A DNA stretch of 64,000 nt, from assembly GCA_963709405.1 (NCBI GenBank), contig CAVPXM010000020.1, positions 1 through 64,000 on the forward strand, given 5' to 3'. Below, piece after piece: positions 23,284 to 33,579 of the stretch. A program made the translations under genes and the position numbers. Source of the stretch: an uncultured Nitrososphaerales archaeon. GTDB lineage: Archaea; Thermoproteota; Nitrososphaeria; Nitrososphaerales; Nitrososphaeraceae. The notes below the pieces were generated by a model. That model saw only the letters and a program-made list of their open reading frames with translations. It did not search any database and was not told the DNA's origin. Each line of letters starts with the position of its first letter. Positions within the stretch are counted from its first letter, which is position 1.

Positions 23284-23698
23284 ATGGATCAGAGTACTAG
23301 TTGGTTTCATCCGCCAGATAAAAGAAAAAGTCATCCTATAACATCAATCCGATCAGATAAAAGGTATCTTAAAAGCAAAAGATCATTATCTGTTGATAAA
23401 TCCATAAATTCTATTGTATCTCCTGTGTCGAGAAATAATATTGAAAGATGGATCAATGATCTGGCATCTTTTCACATGAGGTATACCAAATCAAGTTTAT
23501 TGACGAAGCAGCCAATTGGTTAAAGGTAGAACTTAAAAATTAGTCAAGCTAATGTTACTTTCCGTAACGATACAGAGAGTGAATATAAATTGAAAAACGT
23601 TATTTGTCAAAGGACTGGACTATCAGAAGAAGTGATTCTTATATGTGCCCACTATGATTCGCGAATGGAAAATCTTGAAGATGCCGAGTCAAGAGCTC
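23284..23698 (+). pseudogene. M28 aminopeptidase N-terminal fragment
   Basis: LASFHMRYTKS and NVICQRTG...[11 protein letters not shown]. Confidence 0.75.
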
Positions 23699-24051
23699 AC
23701 AGCCGCCTCCTAAAGCATAACCATTAACTGCAGCAATAACTGGTTTTTCTAAATTCTCTATTTTATTGAGCAAAGTATGAACAAAAGTTGCATATCTTTC
23801 TCTTCAATAGGATCAATATTTATTACATATCTGATGTCTGCTCCTGCACAAAAGGATCTTTCCCCGGTACCAGTTATAATTAGAACCTTGATTTTATCAT
23901 CTGCACCAACAATGTCAATTGGTGTAGATAATTCTGACATAACTTTTTTATTCAGAGCATTCAGTACTTCAGGCCTATTGATCTTTATAATAGCAACACC
24001 TGCATCTTTACCCTGCAAATCGAACAGTACGTATTTCATTCTAGACGACAA
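23693..24051 (-). pseudogene. Enoyl-CoA hydratase N-terminal fragment
   Basis: INRPEVLNALN and SFCAGADI, then [18 protein letters not shown] after a frameshift, then truncated. Confidence 0.85.
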
Positions 24052-24169
24052 TATAAAAGTCAGGCTATGAGTTTAATTTAAATTTCAGTCTTCTTGATAT
24101 GCTTACCCTATTTCAATATCAATATCCACATTGTTGCTATTAAAGCCAGGATTTGATCGGTGATCTGAC

Positions 24170-24363
24170 TACTATACTATGGTATATCTTTTATCAGAGA
24201 TATCATCAAAGTAATATGCAAGAGGAAATACGTTTGGCTCTCCTTTCTCATCCACTAATCCTATACTAATAAGTAAGTTGTTATCTTTATTAGCATAAAA
24301 TTTTTAGTTTCGTCTTCAGTCATTGGATCGTTGGACTTGCTGTGTATGCATTATTATTTTCAT
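24170..24363 (-). pseudogene. Pyridoxamine 5'-phosphate oxidase-like fragment
   Basis: PMTEDETKNF...LISIGLVDEKGEPNVFPLAYYFDD by manual translation. Confidence 0.5.
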
Positions 24364-24992
24364 CATTGTAACCTATGAAGCTCATGGATATATAACTAAG
24401 AGATTATCCCAAATCTAAGGCATCCTTAATTAATCACAATCAAGCGTCGTGTTATTCGTATTAAAATGGTCTTGGTGGAGATAACGGAATAAATCGATAT
24501 AATGAATAGCAATAAAACTAAAGGAGGATGATGACCATAAATATCAATTTTTCAAAATTTTATCATTTAGCCGCGCTCATTAAAGAAAATTATACACAAC
24601 TAAAATCAAATTTTTAGGATAGACTAAGGTGAAATAGAATTCCGTTACCATAACAAATGATCCACATTTCAACATAAACTTGATGATCGACTTTGAAAAA
24701 TCATAATTATGCCAGTTTCTGAAAAAATTCAATAGGTAATTTACAACTATTTCTATATGATATTAGATAAAGATTGAAATGATCGGAGTGATCGAAAGTA
24801 GTTGGTCATATGGGATAAAGTTGGTAGTGTACGTTTCAATAAATTGACAAAATGGCAAGATAGCGATGGATAATTATACTGGTTCAGTAATTGTAATTCA
24901 CGCAGCCAATATTTCTCATGCCATATTAGCTGGTCATATGTAAGCCCTTTATCAACTTCTATTCATATCTAACATTTTATACCCTTACTAGG

Positions 24993-25901
24993 ATGAACTC
25001 GTTGAGATTGACTTATAGATCCTTACCATTAATAGTGACAGTAATTGTCTGTTTGATGCTTATTGGTTCACACATTCTAATTAGTTTATCATATGCACAA
25101 AATAGTACTATCGAGAAAAAAGCGCCTACAAACATGATGGCCAAATCTAAATTGCAGGGTATAAAAATCAGATTCCCAGCACAAGGTCAAAGAATCACTG
25201 ATGATAAAAATCTTACAATAACTGGAATGTCTACATACAATAGTCATACTAATTGTCAAGTTTCAATTATTGTAAATAACGTAAGACCATATCAACACGT
25301 TATTGCTACCGGACACAATGGTGCAAATGATTATTCAACATGGAAATTCCCACTTAGCTCTAAATATACTACAGTTAAAGATGGATTGAGCAACAAGGCT
25401 ACAGCTAAATTAACCTGTAATGATAAACCGATGAATATAACAAAATTTCATAGTGTAAATTTCACCAGCGCATCGACTGGTGCATCTATCCCACAAGCGC
25501 AACTACATACTTCAAAGAATAATACGAATAGCACTAATAGTAACAAAAATAATGCCGAGTTGTTATCTATTATTGGAAAACAAAAGTCCAATAAACCAGG
25601 AAATCCTTCTGTGTCATCAATTATTGACAATCATAGTAAAATGATTAGCAATAAACAAAAGACTCTAGATAATTCTATGACAAGTAGGTCTAGGACAATT
25701 AATCATGAAAACAAATCATCTATAAAATCTGAATCTTCGGAGATATCAAAGGACTCAACTATAAATGGGATTAAGGACCCATTTGTTCTAACTTTACCTA
25801 CAATTAATGACAACTTGTCATCCTCGTCCCCATCATCTGAATTACAGTCAGAGAGCCATTCAAAAAACAATAATGAAGGTTCTCATCATCACATAAAGTA
25901 A
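24993..25901 (+). CDS. Secreted protein with Ig-like domain and S/N-rich tail
   Basis: Signal peptide (SYAQ), CQVSIIVNNVRPYQ...DYSTWKF...TAKLTC, and a low-complexity C-terminus. Confidence 0.75.
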   Translation: MNSLRLTYRSLPLIVTVIVCLMLIGSHILISLSYAQNSTIEKKAPTNMMAKSKLQGIKIRFPAQGQRITDDKNLTITGMSTYNSHTNCQVSIIVNNVRPYQHVIATGHNGANDYSTWKFPLSSKYTTVKDGLSNKATAKLTCNDKPMNITKFHSVNFTSASTGASIPQAQLHTSKNNTNSTNSNKNNAELLSIIGKQKSNKPGNPSVSSIIDNHSKMISNKQKTLDNSMTSRSRTINHENKSSIKSESSEISKDSTINGIKDPFVLTLPTINDNLSSSSPSSELQSESHSKNNNEGSHHHIK

Positions 25902-26356
25902 TTAGCATGCCTTGTCATACCTAGAACCAACTGCCACCCTTTTCCCATTATCTTTAACTAGGGTCAACAATTGTATCATCATAATCGTTTGGATTCTGTA
26001 TGTTGATCAATCGAGTAACAGAATCATGTTATTCTATCTTTTGTAATAAAAGTTTGCCCCATTATGAATTGTTCAATCTTTTCAGACGAAGTCAAACACC
26101 AGGCATCTATTTTATCGTTAGATTGCCAGGATTTTTGTCAATAACTTGAATCATTTCGTGGAATTCTTTAACAATTCTATAGGTAAAAGGTGACAACGTT
26201 TTGAGACTTTTTAATACTTTTAAGATATCACCGATTTTCGACCTTCATACGCAGAATCTCCTGTTGACATGCCCAGCCCAGCCTACCATAGACACAACGC
26301 CATTTTGATGCCTATTTAGACTGCACAATACAGAAATTCAAATCAAATTTAAATAA

Positions 26357-26404
26357 AACTACACAATTCCGTTTTCCAATATCTACTCCTATATAGTTCA
26401 GCAA
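26357..26404 (-). pseudogene. N-terminal stub of an IS110-family DEDD recombinase
   Basis: The TTG-initiated MLNYIGVDIGKRNCVV matches the Y-I-G-x-D start of the IS110 RuvC-like domain. Similarity stops after about 16 codons. Confidence 0.6.
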
Positions 26405-26655
26405 CCTTTCTTTTTCATGTTTGGTGTTCTCTTATCTCACCTCCTCCCCTTCTTTTTTCAGTATGGATAGCTGGACTCCCCTTCGTTTTTCAGTATGGAT
26501 AGCTGGACTAAGCTGCCATACATCTATGAGAGCTTATGGCTCACTTTGACAACAGCTTCGAGAATATGCCAGATTCAACATACTAGACCTATGTGGTCAT
26601 GCATGATAAGGGCCAGCTAACCCTATTGATCATAGAAGGCGACTTTCACATGTCT
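26405..26655 (-). ncRNA. Candidate IS110 bridge-RNA-like structured non-coding region
   Basis: A long closing stem encloses two hairpin arms with internal loops, directly upstream of the IS110-like start. Folded by eye. Confidence 0.45.
26446..26509. repeat. 32-bp tandem duplication
   Basis: CCCCTTC(T/G)TTTTTCAGTATGGATAGCTGGACT occurs twice with one mismatch. Confidence 0.95.
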
Positions 26656-26705
26656 TTCAATTGAGCATATTTATCCATAATAGATAGTTCGTAATATGTA
26701 ACACT

Positions 26706-28493
26706 ATGAGTAAGAAAATAAAGACAATACCCAGTAAAAATTCAACTAAAAATGGTGCGTTTCGAATAGAAAAAACGAAAATATCAATTTCATCAAATGG
26801 TACTGTACGCATAGAATCTAAGAAAGTTAGGCCCCAAAGAGCACTGATTCTTCAAGGAGGAGGGGCATTGGGTGCATACGAAGCTGGAGTCTTTAGGTCA
26901 TTAGCAGAAAAACTTGCTAGAGAAGATGGGAAAAATGGAGAAAAAGATAGACCATTATTTGATATCGTTGCTGGTTCGTCAATTGGCGCAGTCAATGCTG
27001 CTTTATTGGTGAGTTATGTAGTCCAAAATAAAAGTTGGATAGGATCTGATAATATGCTTTATCAATTTTGGGATGACTTATCAAATCCTACTTGGTGGGC
27101 TCCGGGATGGGTAAAAGATAATCCAATATTTATTAGATGGAGGCAATTTTGGATAGACTCAGTTCTAGATAATGATCTGAATGGCTATATGTGGAATTAT
27201 TGGAAAGGATTAAGAGAAATATGGAATAAATATTATAACAATAATTACCCAGTAGAAATCGAGAATGATATCAAGTATGAACGACCATTGGGATTTCCTA
27301 TTCCATACCTAAAAGATGATTGGCCTTACTTTGGCTGGAGCGGAAGCGACGAAAACTGGAAAGAGGAAAAGCCATGGATTGGTTCATATTATTGGTGGCC
27401 CGAAAATTTAGGACCAGTTGCATCTGGTGAGACTGCGCGAAGATATTTTTCATATGCGAGATCCGTCATTTTTGGTGCACCCAATGTTCTTTCACCAGTT
27501 ATTATGCAGCCTGACTGGAAGTTCTTTGATCCTGCACACTCATTTACAAGGTTTGACAATAAACCATTGGAGAGAACAATAAAGAAATATTGGGATTACG
27601 ACAAACTCCCACTCAAAACCTATTTCGAAAAAAATCAACCAAGACTTCTACTTGTTAGTGTTGATGTACAGGACTGTAGAACTGCAGTGACATTTGATAG
27701 CTATGAAAAAGAAAATGGTAGATGTAAGACTGAGTACGGAGATGATACCCTAAGACATGTTTTTGAATACGACGGCATTACTATTGACCACGTAGGCGCA
27801 AGCATGTCAACCCACCTAAGATACAAATATCCAAAATTCAGATCACGAGAAGAAAGTGTCGAGAACTATAGTGAAGACGGCCAAGAAGCACGAGGAGAAA
27901 AAGTAGGAGTAATAGTTGAAGAGAAGGATCGTTACTTCTGGGACGGAGCTTACTTGAGTAATACCCCATTAAGGGAGGTTTTGCAAGCACATCGGGATTA
28001 TTGGCATAAAGTAAGAAATGCAGAAGTGCCAGATCTTGAAATTTATATTGTTAACCTATATCCGTCTACAGAGAAATCTCTTTCAGGTGTCATCGCTGAT
28101 CTTGATGTAATACAGGATAGAGAAATTGATATCAAGTTCCATGATAGAACTGACTATGATATCCAGGCAGCAAATACTACTACAGATTACATAGATTTGA
28201 CAAAGGCGATTATAGATCTTGCGCTCAAACATACAAATAACAGTAGCTCATTTCAATCTGACATTATGAGTATCTTAAATTCGCAAAGCAGAAGCAAAGG
28301 CCGTAACAGAATGTACAGAAAATATGGTGAGCTTCTGGCTGGACGCTTCCGCATAATTAAGATAGGTTACATAGAGCGTATTGATGATGGTAATACAATT
28401 TTTGGTAAGGCATTTGAATTTTCTTATCGTACGGTAAATGATCTCAGAGATAGTGGATATAGGGATGCATCAGAAAACATGAGATATGACTAG
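26706..28493 (+). CDS. Patatin-like phospholipase family protein
   Basis: LQGGGALGAYEAG, GSSIG nucleophile elbow and WDGAYLSNTPL. Confidence 0.92.
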   Translation: MSKKIKTIPSKNSTKNGAFRIEKTKISISSNGTVRIESKKVRPQRALILQGGGALGAYEAGVFRSLAEKLAREDGKNGEKDRPLFDIVAGSSIGAVNAALLVSYVVQNKSWIGSDNMLYQFWDDLSNPTWWAPGWVKDNPIFIRWRQFWIDSVLDNDLNGYMWNYWKGLREIWNKYYNNNYPVEIENDIKYERPLGFPIPYLKDDWPYFGWSGSDENWKEEKPWIGSYYWWPENLGPVASGETARRYFSYARSVIFGAPNVLSPVIMQPDWKFFDPAHSFTRFDNKPLERTIKKYWDYDKLPLKTYFEKNQPRLLLVSVDVQDCRTAVTFDSYEKENGRCKTEYGDDTLRHVFEYDGITIDHVGASMSTHLRYKYPKFRSREESVENYSEDGQEARGEKVGVIVEEKDRYFWDGAYLSNTPLREVLQAHRDYWHKVRNAEVPDLEIYIVNLYPSTEKSLSGVIADLDVIQDREIDIKFHDRTDYDIQAANTTTDYIDLTKAIIDLALKHTNNSSSFQSDIMSILNSQSRSKGRNRMYRKYGELLAGRFRIIKIGYIERIDDGNTIFGKAFEFSYRTVNDLRDSGYRDASENMRYD

Positions 28494-28771
28494 GTATTTA
28501 CAAAGGATTTTAATAATGAAGCATCTACACAGTAATGATAAATTCTCAAATTAGGTTCTACATTAGGGGTTTTCTTAATGACAATATGATGGGTATCTGG
28601 ATTTATAGTCCAAAAATGTGTTTTACACATATTTGAAATTGATTGATTCATTGATAGTGAAGGTTTACCGCACCTAAAAATTAGTTAACATATGATCAAC
28701 ATTTTCTCCGTAGAACAATCTATTCTATCATATTTTAATACAGCGCTGTTGCATATTCTATATAGACATTA

Positions 28772-29725
28772 ATGGATTCGCGTAGTCTACAGAGAAAGAC
28801 GGAAGTAATATGTGGTAATGAAAATGCTCTTGGGATGGGCATCCGTTTTATGCAAAATGTAAGAAACAAGATGGATATATATTTCGATTATAGAGCTCCC
28901 TCGATTGTTATTGAAGTCGAGGCATACAAGAAAGGATATATTGATATTAGAAAGAGAAATGGAAAGATAAGAGCCCTTACAGAAATTACCAAAGAAAATA
29001 TCGCTTATTGCAAGGAGTTGATGCTAATAGTTGATGAGCTTCGTCATCTGGATGGTCTTAAAGGCGGATTAGCAGTAAATGAAACGGAATGCATGGCTAC
29101 CACAATTTTACAAGAAGGAGAACCGCTGACACAAGTCATTTATAGCAACGTGAAGGAAATTGTAGAACAACAGCAATACCTCTTTGATATTATATGGAGT
29201 AAGGGCATTCCAGCCAAACAAAGAATGAAAGAAATTGAGGAAGGACTCAAGAGGGAATTTATAGATATTATCCAAGATCCAGTTGAAACAGAGAAGGTTA
29301 CTTTCCAGCTATTAAAATCAGCTAGAGAAGAAATATTAGTATTATTTTCTAAAGCCGATACATTTCGGGACCCTGAAAAATACAGCGAGATACTAAATGC
29401 ACTGAAAATTGCTTCGGAGCGTGATATAAAAATTAGAATCTTACTAGACGATGAAGATCCAATAAACAACATGCTTCAAGATCTCAAAGAACAAAGAATT
29501 AAAGTTCAACATCACAGCAAGACTGCGCAAACCAAGATTTCGATTTTGGTAATAGATGAAGCATATTGTTTAACCATAGAAATGCGGGACAGTTTAGCAA
29601 CAACGTTTGATGATGCAATTGGTTTGGCCACTTATTCTAATAGCGAGGCAACTATATCTTCATATGTTTCTATATTTGAAAATCTTTGGATGCAAAGCGA
29701 ACTATATGGACAAAATGCACATTAA
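28772..29725 (+). CDS. Stand-alone tandem TrmB/PLD-like sensor domain protein (thaumarchaeal kinase input region without kinase)
   Basis: ELRHLDGLKG...IYSNVKEIVEQQQYLFDIIW and ATYSNS...YVSIFENLW. The ORF stops before any HisKA domain. Confidence 0.75.
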   Translation: MDSRSLQRKTEVICGNENALGMGIRFMQNVRNKMDIYFDYRAPSIVIEVEAYKKGYIDIRKRNGKIRALTEITKENIAYCKELMLIVDELRHLDGLKGGLAVNETECMATTILQEGEPLTQVIYSNVKEIVEQQQYLFDIIWSKGIPAKQRMKEIEEGLKREFIDIIQDPVETEKVTFQLLKSAREEILVLFSKADTFRDPEKYSEILNALKIASERDIKIRILLDDEDPINNMLQDLKEQRIKVQHHSKTAQTKISILVIDEAYCLTIEMRDSLATTFDDAIGLATYSNSEATISSYVSIFENLWMQSELYGQNAH

Positions 29726-30055
29726 TTGGCAGTACTGGTCTTAATCAGGTTCTTATTCTTGACATTCTAAAAGTCCATGTCAGATAAATCCAGGCACTAG
29801 CTCTCTAATAATATCCATTAGTGAAAGTAATGTCATACGAATAATTTGTCAGCTCGTAGCGCGAGCACTAGCCAAAAATCAAGAACAAATAAGAGCGATT
29901 ATTTGATCCGTGCTTATTTTGAGTTCAGTCCGGTAACAATGAAAATAGTAGGTAACAGAGGTAACGTTAGTGTAATAATGGTAGTAAATCGAAGATAACA
30001 AGAGCTTTAAGGAGCAATTTTTGATATACGGAATAGATACAAAAATATGAGTGAT

Positions 30056-30298
30056 CTAACTATGAAGGAAAAGGAACAACCGAATCTTAGAATAGAGGAC
30101 TTTGGAATAGAATTCAAAATCATTGATATCGTAACTAATATTTTCTGCAATTTGCAGAGGTGACATCATCGGACTGTCGTTATTACTGCCGTCATTACAA
30201 TATTCGGTAGGTGCACAACATCCTTCTGAAGACCTTCCAACTAATGCAATCTTTCCATATCTTTCTTTTACTTTCTGTTTAATTATATCCTCTCTCAC
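30056..30298 (-). pseudogene. arsM: Arsenite methyltransferase N-terminal fragment
   Basis: IKQKVKERYGKIA...GCC. The SAM-binding domain is missing. Confidence 0.7.
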
Positions 30299-30354
30299 AT
30301 CTAATGTTTACAGGAGAAACCATTTAAGTTGTCAAGAGAAACTATGTAAAGTAA

Positions 30355-30789
30355 GTGTATTATGGAACAAAAGGCAACAGAAATAGAAGAGCAAGATCAG
30401 TAAAAGCAAGAACAAAATTACCACTTGTTCAAGATATTGAAACTTGTGATTTTTATGGATATGATACAGATATGCTTATGAAAGAAACTGCTAGACTACG
30501 TAAGATAATTACAAAGAGGGGAACTCTTGAGATTCTAATCCCATTATGCTGCACCACTACGCCTGTTAGATATTTAAAATTCAGGAATACATTAAAGGGC
30601 TTTAGTAGCAAAATATTATCGAAGCGGCTAAAGGAACTTGATAATATTGGAATTTTAGAGAGACAAGCATACAACGAAATCCCACCAAGAGTAGAATATA
30701 GATTAACAAATAAAGCCCAGGAGTTGCTAGAACTTGTCATTTATCTATTAAATTGAATGAGAAAATGGGCAAAGACTAGTATAATATAA
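30355..30789 (+). CDS. HxlR-family wHTH regulator (premature TGA near the end)
   Basis: SSKILSKRLKEL...EIPPRVEYRLT, divergent from the arsM fragment. Confidence 0.85.
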
Positions 30790-31012
30790 TGTGTGTCTAA
30801 GGCTGAAATTGGAGTTTGGATTTTTTATTACTATTTTTTATCAGGCTCAAGGATTTCCTGCAATTATTTCCTTATTCGCGAAATCCTCAAAAACAGGATT
30901 GAGCCATCTCCAGATAATATTGGGTTCCATCGTCACTCATCATCAGAGAATTACCGATAATATTTTTCATTTATGTAGCAAAGCGAGAGTGTTGTGTACA
31001 AGCCTAATCTAA

Positions 31013-31862
31013 CTATCCTTCTTCGAGTTCGATGTGGTCCCCGCGACGAATTGTTACTCCCCGAAGCACAGATGCATAGATTCCAGCACTAACTTGGTTG
31101 TACCTTGCAATAGTACCTCAAGATACCCAGATCTTTAGGAAGATCTCCCTGTGGCAGAGTTGTCATCACACATCTGGTGCAACGTCCTGAGACCCTAAGT
31201 ATAACACTGCTATCTCTATCTTTACCTATTGTTATTATTTTGCCGACCCATGAATTCTCAACAAAGTCCTTTTCTATAGATGCTGACTCTATCACGATGT
31301 TTGGCCTAAACCGTCGAACTTCAAAGCGTCCTTCTGGATAGAGTTCTCGCAGACGGTTGATTGTAGCAGTAGTCAAGAGATGTATTACAGCAATATCGAA
31401 GAAAGTTTGGGAAGGCATGGTTTCATCTGTAACCTTCTGTCTTTGTGTTAGGCCGTCTATATCGGGCCAATACTCTTCATATATAGACTTTTCCAAACTA
31501 CTAGCCTTCATGAGCCTAACCTCTCTATCAAAGGTTTTTGATAAACTATAATCAATATCTTTATTATCAGACAGAAGATTGGTACCATCTGGGAAGGTAA
31601 TCCGAACTGGTGGAATATTTTCGACAACCTGTGGTGAGTCCGTAAATAAAGAACGAAAGTCGAAGAGCTTTCCCCATTTTCTGGGATTCTTGGCACTAGC
31701 CACTTTGCCATTTTGCTTGTCTATTACTGCGTATGTCCGATCCCCTACAAGTCCTCGTTCTGTTACGTACGAAGAATTGAGCTCCTCTCCCATCATTGAT
31801 TTTACTGGGTATCGCCACAAGGAAACTACCTTTCCTGCAGAGACCTGAGATTGTCGACTCAC
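31013..31862 (-). CDS. MOSC domain protein (frameshift near 3' end)
   Basis: LWRYPVKSM, RRFRPNIVI and CTRCVMTT. GIYASVLRGVTIRRGD is in a shifted frame. Confidence 0.92.
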
Positions 31863-32004
31863 AAACTGTCACCGTCTCCCATAATACTTATGACTGGAAT
31901 TTCTTATTTATCGTTTATGTCTGTAGTCATGGAAAAGCATATGAAAATACAATAACATTCTCGATAGGCCGAATCAAACACTCATTATCTTGTTTTTCAG
32001 TTCG

Positions 32005-32545
32005 TAAAACGTCTATGCTGTTATTTGTCTTCTCTCAAGTTCCTGTAATCTTCCAGTTATAGCCATAAGTTGGTCTGACAAATGTGCTATTGCATCATCT
32101 TTCATTTTATCGTGCTGGCTTAGATGATTGATTTAATTCTTCTAATTCTTCCACCTCTGTCTGTATATCTGCACCTTGCCTTTCTTGTTGATGGACATTT
32201 AGAAATATTAAATAAGGTTCTATTTAGCAAAATATCTCTTCTTTTTTCTGAATTCTTTTTACGCCAATAAGTGGAATCGGAATGTCCTATAAAATATTCC
32301 GAGTAATCTGTATATCCGAGACCAGATATGATAGCCTTTACAAATCTTCCAAGTGAAACGTGAGTTCTGTCGGCCTGTCATCATCTCGTATTGTCATATG
32401 AAGGTGGGTTGATAATGATGACGTGGAATATTATTGCTAGAGTATACGGCAAACCCCACATTTTCTGTATGAAAGAATTTTAGATAACAGAGATGAGTGT
32501 GACGTAATTCAAGCTAATGTCAAAATTCAAAAATTTGCCATAGAA
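32005..32545 (-). pseudogene. Tyrosine integrase relic
   Basis: RFVKAIISGLGYTDYSEYFIGHSDSTYWR (catalytic H/Y region) and DDAIAHLSDQLMAITGRLQELERR, homologous to 8280-8370. Confidence 0.8.
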
Positions 32546-32661
32546 AACCAAATAGATTTAACTAAATCTGTTACTCTTAAGTTAGATTCTCTACTACGAC
32601 CAGTACCCATCAGACAAAAATAGCGCAGGTTATAAATCTGGTTTTGCTCACTATGTAGTAG

Positions 32662-33483
32662 GTGCAAAGATTGCTGATGCCTCAAAGAGATATATCAGCC
32701 AGAACGATAACGAATTTGCTAAACATAGTGAAAACTTCAATTAAGAATATAAACGATGGTTTTGCTTCAGTAGTGCCACAAACAACGCCGCAGCCTATTC
32801 CTACTCCAAGTCCACAACTGGCGCCATCAGGTAACCTCGACCAGTTTGGTATCAAATGTATTTACAAGAGCAAACCAGATGGCAGGGTAGTAACAAATCC
32901 AGATATAAGATTCTTTACTCGACATTATAGATCAAGAAAAGCAGATGACCCAACAGTAGAATGTACTCTAGATTCAACGGTACCAATTACAAACCAAGAG
33001 TGTACTGCCATAATCAAGATGAACGGCATGATTCATCCTGATACTATAGACTGGAAAATGAGAGGTGGACATCACTCTTCTGACAATGGAGGAAAGGATG
33101 GAACCTGCTACAGCTTGGAAATAATGTCAGATGGCTCACAAGATAAGTATCTGGAAGTAGAAAGACCGCACCCATCGATGCATAACTGTACAAAATTTTG
33201 TAAGCCTCTGCTCAAACTACCGGATATTAGTAACGCAACGTTTGGTTGGAAAGGTATTGTAATCAATAGTGCAGATAACAAATCAGTACATTTAGAATCA
33301 TGGGTTAATCTGACACCAGACGACCAATCAAAGTGGCAGAAATATATCGACGTAACTGATACGGGCCAACTCACGCAGGGGTTAATACTACAATGTATAG
33401 GCACGAGGGCAACAATCAGGATAGACGGTATAAATGGACATCCCGAATTTGCAAATGTATCTATGAGAGAAATTACTCTCTAA
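32662..33483 (+). CDS. Hypothetical beta-rich protein with RGGHH/ExxH motifs
   Basis: Pro/Thr linker followed by LDQFGIKCIY, KMRGGHHS, EVERPHP and ATIRID. Confidence 0.7.
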   Translation: MQRLLMPQRDISARTITNLLNIVKTSIKNINDGFASVVPQTTPQPIPTPSPQLAPSGNLDQFGIKCIYKSKPDGRVVTNPDIRFFTRHYRSRKADDPTVECTLDSTVPITNQECTAIIKMNGMIHPDTIDWKMRGGHHSSDNGGKDGTCYSLEIMSDGSQDKYLEVERPHPSMHNCTKFCKPLLKLPDISNATFGWKGIVINSADNKSVHLESWVNLTPDDQSKWQKYIDVTDTGQLTQGLILQCIGTRATIRIDGINGHPEFANVSMREITL

Positions 33484-33579
33484 ATTAGACTAGTTGGTAG
33501 TTCATTTTACTTTATTTTCATTTTTTTAAATAGATTTTTATTTGCCAGACGATTTATTCGGTGTCAAGAAGACATATCC

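Noticed and set aside
26446-26509. CRISPR array
   Set aside because: Two adjacent copies with no spacer and no cas genes. No CRISPR array was seen anywhere in the window.
30754-30756. TGA read-through or selenocysteine in hxlR and the RTX remnant
   Set aside because: The positions correspond to likely Trp or Gly codons and no SECIS is evident; point mutation or error is simpler.
31013-31090. GC-rich patch resembling a structured RNA
   Set aside because: It is the frameshifted C-terminus of the MOSC gene.
31357-32062. Short ORFs overlapping the MOSC gene, and similar antisense ORFs over the CoA-transferase, NUDIX and oxidoreductase genes
   Set aside because: These are shadow frames of well-supported genes.
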